From contig CM082577.2 of NCBI GenBank assembly GCA_040954595.2, positions 2,480,001 through 2,544,000 of the forward strand: DNA of 64,000 bases, in the 5' to 3' direction. The stretch comes from Balanoglossus misakiensis (lineage: Eukaryota > Animalia > Hemichordata). The number at the start of each line of letters is the position of its first letter. Position 1 is the stretch's first letter. The position numbers and the translations under genes were made by a program. The notes beneath the pieces are model-generated. The model ran no database searches. It was not told where the DNA came from and saw nothing but the letters and a program-made list of their open reading frames with translations. Shown piece after piece: positions 25,680-37,628 of this stretch.

Positions 25680-27393
25680 TAACTTACTCTCACGATAATT
25701 TTAAAATTTCACATGAATCACCTTTACAGTGAAATGTTTGCAAATGGAAAAATGCATGCTGCCTTCAGTGCTATAGGATATGGTAACGCCGTACCATCGA
25801 AGCTGACTTTTCTTCTCCCGGGCAACGAAAGTAGGTTGTCTCGAGATTGAAAAGATCCCGTCTGTGTTGTTGTTCTTTTTTATCAACGGTGTTTTCGGTT
25901 CACCGGTGGTGTCTCCTTAAACCGGGCTTAGGATTCTCAGTCAAAAGGAAACGTCATGTCTGTTATTCTACTCTTTCAGAGGGCTGGCGTCCGATACAGG
26001 GGTCCATTGCATTCACCTCATTGTCATACAATATCCAGGCAGTTGATTGTGAAATGGGAAGGCTTGTGGACCAAGACAGAGAAAAGAAAACCTGGTTTTG
26101 TTGGTCGGTCATATAAGCTTAAGGAAGTTTAAGATGGCAAAAGTCTGCCGTTGTTTGCCCTTTGTCAATGCTCGGAGATTTTTCGAATTTAGAAATTGTC
26201 ACGCTCCGTGGTTCTCGGGATCGCCGCATTGAAAAGTCGTCATTGGGGAGGGTGTCAGGCCAAATCTTGATAAATTGCTTGCTGATGGCGGTGTTGTGCA
26301 GTTGCTATTCGTCACAACAATGTCACAGGCCACTCCAACGTGCGAATTGTGCCGGCGTTAGGGTATCAAGAGCCGCGGCCTAAGTCCTCCATTCATCCCG
26401 CGACTTTTGACTGCAAATCCCATCACAGTCCGCGAACAAACTCTCACTGATCTCTTCTCGGTGATTTTTGGAACTGTGCCAGGCAAGGCACATCCGCAGC
26501 GAAAAGTGAGTAAAAAACCGTATCGCCGTTCGGGCTGCAGTTAATATACGACGGATGTACTTCAACCAAACAGGTATGCTCGCTGTTATTGTGTTTTTCT
26601 GTTTGGCGCAACGTTGCCTAAGTATTTTACCAATGACCAAGACAGTTTCTCCCCCGGTCCAAAGTATCATTATGTTTCTGCATTCAATTGATGCAAATTA
26701 ATTCGATTCAAAATCAAGGGCATCAATAGTTGCGGCAGAAAGGGGCATGTGAAAGTATGCCGTGACCCGATAGGTACTCAAAGTGCGTGGTTTGTGTCCA
26801 GTGCCCCGTGCCATGTTGATAGCTTGGCGTAAACTAGAAGGAATTTTCTTCCGTCCAAATTCAATATCGGAATATCCGGTATTGATTTTGAGTCGAATCG
26901 CCCAAAACGTGAGAAATGCATAAAGTTTACCTTTCTAGAAGGAAATGACAGCTACGATGTTCAGTAACGATTTCACTGAGTACATGTACGTGTATAAAGT
27001 GACATGCATATGTGAATATCGCGCGTGTATATGGTTCGGGCGTACTCGTGTCAATCTTATATTCTATTACCACGGAATGCGTATAGAAAAAAAGCATTAC
27101 ATTTTATTGAACGTTCAACTGCCTGGGCACATTAGGGTTGGCAAATCTCGGGCAATCTCATACATGTAATATTATTACATAGCACTACTTTTCGAAAGGG
27201 AAACTTAACAGTGGCCATGAAACAACTTTCACTTTTTTCCAGAAATTTATACGTCCAAGGCGTGGATTGCCCTTGCCTTTTAAAACGTTTAACCCCAAAA
27301 CAGTTAAAAAAACAAATTCTACTCGTAGATTGTTGTCAATTTCCCTCAATTTCCAGCTTTTAGGAAAAATACCTTAGAGGGATGAGAAAGTTG

Positions 27394-27458
27394 GAGAGAG
27401 AGAGAGAGATGTAGAGAGAGAGAGAGAGAGCGAGAGAGAAAGAAAGAGAGAGAGAGAA
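27394..27458. repeat. Imperfect (GA)n microsatellite
   Basis: Read directly from the sequence. Confidence 0.9.
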
Positions 27459-30400
27459 ATGACAGTTATTATAGATGCCAAGACAACGTGGAAAGGGCAG
27501 GTATGCGGAGATGAGAGTTTACAGGGAGGGCCACTTACAGAGACTCGAGCACAGGAATGTAGATTAATAGCAGTAACTACAGAAACGCACCAGGTATGTG
27601 TATGTTGGATTTGAAATCCCCGGTAAATATCGGCTCCATTATTGGCCTTTGTTATGTCTGAGGATGAATCGATTTATCAATATCGCGACATACCTGGCCT
27701 TATTTATAGCTATTTATCCCATGATGTTATTATTTTTGCCGAACAGTCTCGTTCATGATAGTCTTTGTTACGAAACTTAGGTTAGGGACAAATGTATGTT
27801 TCATGTGTTACTTCTATAAAAAAAACTACAAGTACGCAGACTTTCTATGGTCACAAATCAAAAGGGAACTGTTGAGGTCGACTTTCCTCTTCTGAAGCTT
27901 AACTGCTGAGATTTTACAAGTTTTATCTGTCAGATTTATCCTAGAGGCAATCTGTGAATTGCGAAAACGTCGGTTTTTACAATCAAGTAGAGACTTATTT
28001 CCCCCTAACTTTGATATATGGCGGCGGGTGTGACGCGATCTCGCTTGAAGACTTCCAAGCCAAACCGACCCCCCCCCCCCTCTCTCTCTTGGAACATTTA
28101 TATATGGTTACTGAAACTGTCGTGCATTGTCTGTGTTCCTAATGAGCTGGTTTTGATTTCGAACCTCGCAGTTACAGGCATCGTTTTACAAGGGACTTGC
28201 CAAAGGGACTTGTCATAACTTATAGAACGCCAGGTAGAAAATAAAATCCGAACGGTTTCTGCAAAACATGCTGCAATCGATGATGCTGACCAAAATGCGC
28301 GAATATTGCCGAATCGGCGGACACTGCATGAGTATGCTTGAGTGTCTTTGGTGCTGAAATCGCAAGGATGGTTTTTTTTTACCTCCAAAATAATTATCAG
28401 GGCGACTGGGAACGTGGGAAACTTTGAATTGGAGGGAAACTGCACCTTACCCCAATAAAGAGAGTGATATATTCGTGCCTGTGCTCTCGCTTGACTCCGA
28501 AATATGGGGGCACGCGGCAAGAATGTCTTTCAAGTTCAAACATCAATCTTCCCGTTTCTTGCCTTTTTTGGTGCCATTATGCAAATTTCGCCCGGAGAAA
28601 AGAATTCCACCGTCCAGTTATTTTCGATTTAAAGGCACGACAAAACGGTTCGGATCACACCATTTCCCCCAACCTTTGACACCGGGCTGCGATCAATTTC
28701 TACAAATCATTGGAATTTACAATGTACCGCTCGATTGGGGGATAATTTATTCCTCTTGGTGTATGGCGGACGGCTTCCAGAGATACATGCGCCCTTCAAT
28801 CTTGTTAGAAGAGCGGATAGTGGTCGCAATAAGCGGCACTTAACATTTTCTGCGTTTCTACCGGTTCTCTGTTGGAACTATGCGACCGGCTCTCTGGTAA
28901 AGAGGCGGCGAAAGCGAGTGGCCTAGAATTAAATAAAGTGGGGGTGTTTGCCGCGATTTGGGAATTTTCAATAGAGTAATTGTATGGATAGATGATAAAT
29001 CGTATGTGTGCCCCTGTATCGACGTGGGACATCGTGGAAAGGGGGCGACAGTTTAGTCCAACGTGTGAGAACAACAACACGTTTGGCAAGTCAACAAGGC
29101 CCTACTTTACCGTAAACAGGAACAACGAAAATGAAAACGAAGAATTTTTGTGCATGGAAATACCTGCGAAATTAACGACTTCACGCCTCCTAAATCAAGC
29201 ACTCGGTACGTAACCCTGTCCCGTTTGAGTAAATAACGTTACGGCATATTGTTTCAATGGGACATATGAACCACACACACTTGGGGCCCGGTAACCATCT
29301 GTGACGTCATCAAAGTCCCCTTTTGTGTTGGATGTGTAAGTGCATGTGTGGCAACCGGAGGATTGAGAATTTAAAAAAACACGCAATGGTGGTGGCGTCG
29401 GAGCTTCAAGTGGGCCGATCTGAAGTCTAGAAGTGTTGAGTGGAATGACCTGAGATCAGTTATGTACTTGCAGTTGGTAATCTCTCTTCCTTACTACTAA
29501 ATGAAAGTAGCCTTTCAATAATCGCGGCGAGAGGGCTGGCAATAATCCACCATAGGCTCAGTAGCTGACCCGAAATTTAGCAGACCTCTTCTTGTCGGCC
29601 ATGGCATTATTAAATTATGGGGATTTTATTGAGTTTAACGAGTTTTGGCCTGAATCTATACCCAGCCTTTTTTTTCTTGAGGGTCGGGTGTACGTACCGT
29701 GACCCTTCGGTTTGAAGGAGCGCATCGCTGTTTTTCTTGCGATAAATCATTGCATTTTGTTTGGGAGCCGCATCTCTTCAGTGTTCGCGACAAACCATCC
29801 TCCAGCGACATAACCGAACGGTAAACTTTAATTCGTTTTGGTGCTATCATGCTCTATATATTCAGACTATAATGCTGCATGATGATGACCAACGTTTAAA
29901 GCATGTACGGAAGAAATCTCATTTGTGTCATGAAATATGGACGCGCACTCCATTTTTCATCTGGTACAGTCTCTCATTCTCGTTCCCTCAAGTTCTATCT
30001 TCCCGCCTAAAATCAGAGACAAACCCGCGCTTTGTACGCAGTGGTAGCGAACGACACTCGAATGAGGTGATTACGATCGATTGACTTTTATACACCTCAG
30101 CGCGGCGGAAAGAATAGGCATCGGTTTTTCGAGTGATGTCATCGGATATGGCACAAAAAAATGGTCCGGCGAGTCCAATGTAATAGTTGTGTGCCAACAG
30201 CGTGTTCCGAATTTCACCGCAAAACTAACCAGTCTAGATAAACCAAGTGGCGCAAGCGTGTGTTGACACTCTGCGGTTATAATACATGTAATTATTGATA
30301 TCAATGAGATCAATTCAATTGATTTATTGGTACGGTCGTAACATTTTTACTCAATGGGAATATTTGCCATTTTTTTCTTGCCCGCATGTATACCTGTCGC

Positions 30401-33400
30401 ACTTGCTGTAACTGTTTGCGCAATTTTTAATGAAGATTTTATTCATTAAACCCCTTTCTAAAATTAAATTAGTCTTAATCAACATTCCCAAGCGCCTGTT
30501 GATGGCAGTAGGTTGAACAAGATGAATAAGTCAACCATTTGTAAACCGTTTAATCTTATCAATATTAAAAAGGCACCAACGTCGCCGAGTGCGTTATTTT
30601 GCAACCACCTGTTACACAGGTAAGAGACCATTTTGCGCATACAATCAGATTCATTTTTATGTTGAAAGTGCTGTCATGTTTGTCGAGTGTTATAGTTATA
30701 CATAAAACCGTATCGACGGGTGTATTAGTATGATCGGCTGGGTACGTAGCCCAGTGGTCGTTGAACGCACCGAGAGAGAGAAAAAAAGTGGCGTGGCGGA
30801 AAAAAAACAATGTCGAGGCCTCGCTGCCTCCACGGCATTGCTCGACTTAGCACAAGTGTTTACGACGTCAACACAAGTCAAGGAGATGTTGTAAAATATG
30901 GAGAGGACAGTGCGCGATTGTCTTCGCGCAGGACAACTGAAGGGAAGCTGTCATCGGCGAGAATGCGCCGCGCTGGCTGAGCTGTACAAACCAATAAAGC
31001 GTGGTTGAATTTTAACACTCGATCTGAAGTGGTCGCGGCGGAGTCCGGTAGTTGAGAGAGCTGCTTGCGCAAGAGACAATTTAACATCGCGGCGTCGGTT
31101 TCTCGTGATTCCCACGTTCTAATGATGATCCGAATTTCACGAAGAATGGGTTAGCTTTTAGTAGACGAACCGGTCCAGACAAATCGTTCTTGCGAAGAAT
31201 GGTCACTTCTGTACCCCGATAGTGTGCGAGTTTTTTTTAAACGATAAAAGATTAATCATCGCAAACGCACGCCCTTATTTACCAGATCCCGTTGCGGATG
31301 CTAAATTTAAATCTACATTTAACGGCATCAAAACAAGTAAATTAATGTGGTGGAAGTTTATTTTATCGAAAAAGGGTAAGTGGAATGGAAAAGTTAATGG
31401 AAAATATGGAACAAAGCCAACAGAAAGATATTCCTAAGAGTGTGGACAAAACCATAAAATGTGAGATTATAGCCTTTACTTTTGTTATGTTTTCTTGTAA
31501 ATATTAGTTTAAACACATTTTTTAGTTTAAAGAAGAAAAAAACGTGACACAGCAAGTGAACTAGTTAGCCAGGGTATCCTTTGAAATAAATATTTGAATT
31601 AAATCAAGTATAAAACCACATGGCAAGGACATGTAAGTGAGGATCGCAATTATATAACCAGTTTAGTTTAATTTTAAAAGTTTGCTGACCTTTGAAGCTA
31701 CAGATTGAAGGTCATCGTGACGGCTAAGTTTGATCATGTCTCTCTCTTTTAATATTGGTTGTTTCACATGGAAGTTATTTGTCTATTGTGATGTTTATTG
31801 ATGCATGTAGAATCCTCGGTTTCCATTGTACGAAGGCATGGTATATCCGATATGTTTGTGTGTAGATTACTTTGCTGTCGCCATCGACTGAAATTCACGC
31901 TACAATCGGCGCATTTCATCGATAGTGGCCGATGGGTGAAAAAACTAAAAAAAAACGACGTGTAGGCCAAAGTTACACTACATATTACCACTGATATGTC
32001 CACGAAGCACGTTTAAACCAGTGACATACCCTGTAGCAATTATCATCGGAGTAGATATTACGCTGGCGGGGACAGGTGGTGTGAATTGCCGCTAAAGGGG
32101 CTGATCGATGAAACCGTTGAATAAACGGGCGCGGATCTGAACAGACAATTGGGAAGTGCGTGCAGGTAATCTTATATGTCACTGTTGATTTTGAAAGAGA
32201 AAAGTAAGAGAGAGACACAGAAAAAGAAAGAACAGTATACATTGGCTATGTGCAAACCGGATCTCTTGATAGAGTCAATACTTGGATTCTTTTCGTTTCG
32301 ATTGACCAGCAGTACATTAAACCGGCGAAGCATGGAGGAGCTACCGTTCAAGCAATGTAACTTTCACACACTTAGGGGCGCGATTGTCCACGTCTGTTCT
32401 GATTGTTAGATCGGACTGACTATACCAGACTGTCGTTCGAAGTTCCAATTTGATTTTTCCAATTTTCGGCGGACTTCAAACCCTTGAGATTTAAACCTGC
32501 AGGTCGATGTCGGCTCTTACAAAGTTTGTCTTTAGGAACTATCGATGTGCTGTGAACGGAGGGGCCGGGGGGGGGGGGGGGGCAAAACGAAAATCTACAA
32601 TCACAATTGCTGACTGACTGAACATCTTTCCTCAAAGAACGAGTCCGAATGTGGTTTTTGCATTTTACGAACACTTTTTATATATTACGTCAAAAATCAC
32701 CGTTGACTATAGTAAATAGCATTCAAAATTATCCATTGTGTAGGATAGAGTGCGGTGATTTTTTTTATGTCTGTGTTTATCGAAGCTGTTCAAGTCGGCA
32801 CGGCATCAACAACGAAATTGCAGAAGTGCCCGACCGTAAATTTCAGCCTCTGCTGGAATAATGCAGTATTTATGTGCGCCATAGATATGGCGCGTCGGTA
32901 AAGGAACAGCCGATTGTTCTGTGCAAAGCCGCCTTCAAAAAAGAACCTCCTGGGTCAGAAAAAACTTACGAGTGGACTAACCTTTAAAACGGACTCTTCA
33001 AATTGACAAATCGGTGTGTTTATGATGTAATTCTCCGCCAATAAATAACTTCTTTGTAACAGTCAAGACCCATTTACACCATCGACAGAAAAATCTTCCA
33101 GCCTACCTATATGGCAACCTATATAAAGCCGGTGTATGCAGTTATTTACATTGAAAGCATTGTAAAGACCCACGAGTTGCAACCACAAGAAATGTCATGC
33201 CGAAAATTATCATCCAATTTTTGCAGATATTCTTTGACAACTATTTAATAAATAACATTATAGTTATTAATAATGTCACAAAAATTAACATTCCATTTTG
33301 GGCAGAAACCGTTTGATTTTCATCGAACCGGACCCCTGAATATATTACACTACGAATGGTCACCCTAACAAGGGAATACGAAACAACGATGAAATATACG

Positions 33401-33802
33401 TACATTTGTAATTCACGCACGCGTGTTTATTCACATCTCGTTTCACTACTGATTCAGACTGATTTATCGGTCGATGATGAACATTTGAACTTGAGGTGTC
33501 GTCTGCAGGGTAACCTATAGAATGATATAGGCTGCGCGCGCTGGGAAAGTTAGTCAACACCCCCGTCCGAGAAGGGAAGTATTTCAAATGATGAAGCTTA
33601 TCGCCTTGGTGTGAGCCACAAATAAACTTTCCCCCAAACAGTCACTTGCAGGCAAGATTGCACCCCACTTATGAGAGTACTACGTGTGGCGAGCCACGCA
33701 CGGGGTAAGTTAGAGCCCTAGCTGCGACCAGTTGTGTTTCATTTGTCAACCCTAATATCGCGAATATAGGCGTACTTGCCGCGGTTTTAGATTCTCAGCG
33801 TG

Positions 33803-36089
33803 TGACGTCATGACCTGACTCTGAGCCAGGCAACACAGAACATCTCACTTTTGACAGAAATTACCACTTTTACGGAACGATAATTGACCCGTGTGACACC
33901 ACTTCTCATTGAAGAAATCCACAGCTCGTTTTTCCCCGCGCCATTTAGATAATTACAAACACGTACACGACAGTTATTGCTGTGTGTTCTTAGACCGATC
34001 CTTCTCTCCCATCCTTCTTGTTCGTCAATCCACACGGAATATTCATTGACTTTGGGTGTGCGCGTTCACCGCAGTGACGAAAAGAGAGCTGTGTGGGCAC
34101 CGGACAGTGTCTGTCAACGAGAACTAATATTTTGATTTGCCCCTGATTTCAGGCCACGAGAAGAAATAAAGCTAGCGAATTTTCCCCGATGACCTTCACG
34201 ATTCTTTAATGTCAACTTAAAACTCTGTTACTTGGGTATAGGCGGAATCATTGTGATCTCTAATAGACAAAAGAGAATATAAGTTTGTAAAACAGGTCAA
34301 ATATAAGGCAGATTATCACATGAATATTAGTAGGTTGACTGTAAATGTATACCTTACTCTTACTTTTGTACGCGAGAAACCCCAGTCTGCCACACTTTTG
34401 TGCAACAATAAATTAAATAGTTGATAATTGAAACGTTTTCAATAGCTTACACGGAGTATCAGATTGGTTTCCTGTCCCAATTCCACCGCTGGCTGCGCTA
34501 TTCGTACGCACAGCACAGTCAACGGTAGAATTCGGACAGGGCGACAGACTCCGGAGACTTGAGTTCCCGGCAAATGTCACGTTTGTATAGTAGTTTGCAT
34601 CTATTTTGACTCGCTGCTTCACACATTGTTGATGAAAGGGTCTTTAAACGAGAATGGTCGCCCTTGAACTTGAACTCACTCCAGTCTCCAGGCCAGTCCA
34701 AGAAACACTCAGAGATCCACAATAAGACAGTGACGTCACTTAAATGAAATGACGTCAGGCCGCTAACTCATATCTGCAGTCGTGCGCTCTCATTCTGCGA
34801 CAATACCATAACCATGGTTCATGTCAGTGTCTGTTTAAGTGGTCGCGGTGACTAATACCTTGGTTACATCAATGTTTTTTTGTGTGTGCGAAAACCACTA
34901 TAGCTTGTATCGCGAAGTGTTCGCGCGTGTGTTTTCAGGCACTGAAGGTGAGAATCCCATATAGGCCCTATATAAGGCCAACTAGTAATGCCGATCCGTG
35001 AACACTGTCAAAGCGTGCATTGTAATGTATTGAAATGTTAAACAATGATGATTTTGGCCTTATGTTATAGCTCAGAGTATTTGTTTCCAAATCTTTCTTC
35101 AAAAAAATAGGATGTTTGATGTAGGCCCTGTCGTCGCGTACTTGAAATTATGGGCCTCTGATAATACGTCACGTAGGACTCGTTCGTCTTTATGGTAGAA
35201 ACCAAATCAAATGGTGACCCTATCTCCTCCGCCTTTTGTACCAGACTTGAACAACAAATCCACCGGGAAACCTAAACTTAATTGATGCCACAGCCGTCGG
35301 ACCGGTCGTCTGCCCTCGGTCAGAAGGAGGCCAAGGGCGGCAAACTTTCAACAAACACTGACAAACATCTCGCGAATCGGTAATTCTTGGAAGGATCTTG
35401 TTTGTGCGAGATTACTCCCGTCGCTTGAGCGCCAAATTGACGTCAAGACTGCGAGAACTCGGTGATATAGAATAGTCCTAATGTCAAAACACGCACAATA
35501 TATACGAGGCATATGTCGAGCGACGTGGGGCGCTTGAAAGTTGGAATGTGATGTTGTTCGCCACGTGTACAGTACTAACCGACGGTAGAAAGTATCCTCC
35601 GCAAAAAACACACGACCTCACGAAGTGCACTTTTCATTGGTTCTCAAATAACCATAATCGTGCGTGTTAATGTTATCGCCAGTGATGCTGTGATGTTTCT
35701 GTGTGACTTCAGCCTGAAAGAATTCTTAGTGTTTGTGAATTCGGCGGCACTGGTAGGCCAAGAACACGCATGCAAAGAAATGGCGATTCCCACGATCCTT
35801 CCCGCCAGAAACTACACTAATTTACAACTGGCTTTCGATTTCCATAGATCGCATTTCTTTGATTTCAGACGAGACTCAGAAGGATGTGTAACGTCTCTTG
35901 CCAAATCCAAAAGGATTGCTGTTATCTCCATCTTCCATACTGCCCGACAAAACGAATTAAGCTAGAATGGCAAGGTTGTTCGCTGGTGTTTTCGTTTCTA
36001 TCATCATCGGACATTTCCCTCATGTCCTCTGTGGGGTAGAATTTCACTGTAATGTCCCATATAACAAAATATTGATATTACTGACGTCA
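33803..36089. promoter_or_regulatory. Cluster of full CRE palindromes (TGACGTCA) upstream of PKD1
   Basis: TGACGTCA at 33803, 34731, 34750, 35438 and 36082, plus one at 29302. Function is inferred. Confidence 0.45.
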
Positions 36090-37628
36090 CGAGGACTCAG
36101 TTGATCTTTGACATCTCATAGCTGCACATATTCATGATATGCTTGTTACTGTGTCCCACTCGAAAGTACTCATATGGATATCGCAAGATCTTGAGTATTG
36201 GGGAAAGTAGCGGGAAACGTTGCGCCCCATTTGGACAACGAAAAACGTGTCGTTCAAAGTGTCAGAAAGGTGTCATTTTTCAGTCAGTAGACTCTCGTTG
36301 GTTCAACACGTCATATAATCCAGTGTAAAACTTCACAAAACAAACTCTCATAACAGTCTCGCGATCAGGGACGTTTTATTAATTTGAAGCCCGATTGACT
36401 CCTCCAAACTTGCATTAGCAGATCGAAAAATGTGCTTTCACATTAATGACACATTAAATTATTTACAGCTTGTGGCGAAATCGGATATAGAATTAACAGT
36501 AGTAATTTCTCAGTGCTGTTGTCCCGAAATAAAGATAAACAACAGCAATAATGTCATCAAATATAAGTTAAGTTTACAGTGAATATTTAGCCCGCTAGGG
36601 GTATTTCTATAAACAAAGTTCTGCCGGACATATCACATCGCATAACCCACTTCCCAATGACGAAACTCCAAGGAAATATCGGTACATCGCCGTTGAGTTT
36701 GTTTTTCGTACCTCCTGAGTCTTGAGTTGTCGGTTGGCATAGATTACCGTCCAAGATTCATCCCTCGTCTGGTACGCCTACTACAGAAAAGTGCGAGTCG
36801 AAATTGGGCATGAGAGCGCCACTGTACCGTTCTAGCGGGCCGTCGAACAATGTGCTAAGAGCGTCTCCCTTGTTCATATACTTTCCCCGAACAATGCACC
36901 CCTTACGAAGCGATTTAGATCTGGCAAGACGGAAGATCGGGCGAGTACTGTCCGATGTGTCCGTGGATTGCGAAAATTCCCTCCCGCATATCACGTAGCT
37001 GCATGTTGACGCCCCGCCACTCGCGTTGCTAGGATAGTTATGCGATAAAGCGTTGATATGGACATATTGAGCACATTGATAACGTCGATCACGTGATCTG
37101 GTCCCATTAGGGTACAGCACTGTATAGTGCTATATACGATTGTGTACAAGAAACAGCGAACACGGGTACCAAGTCGACGTCATTCCTAGCGCATCAGGTA
37201 TATATTTTGACCGCGACTTTTTGGATTTTTTGTATGGGTGACATATCGACAGTTCAGCTCGGGATACTAGTTAGCTATTTAAGACATAGGGCGGCAATTT
37301 TAACGCCACCTCACTGTGTTAACAGATACTCATTTGTCGGTCTGGGTTTTATAAATGATCGTTTGAAATGAAGGTATACTCAGTTAGTTTTAAGTGGGTT
37401 CCGCACTGACTCGACATGTATATGTTTGTATATTCCAGCTCTAGTCATGGATGTGCTCATCGACAACAACCAAAAAGAGACGGGAGACGGTGTTAGATAG
37501 GCCACCGCGAATGGTGTCACGGCGAAAAGCGACCGGCCTTCGAACGGCACTAAAGAAGAACCGCAAACATCGCAGCACAGCAAAGAATGTACCCTAATGT
37601 CTGGGAACACTGCAAATATGGCGTCCAC

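Noticed and set aside
28098-28843. Overlapping 140-aa and 139-aa ORFs in the intergenic region
   Set aside because: No domain-like features or splice support; such ORFs are expected by chance in GC-richer DNA.
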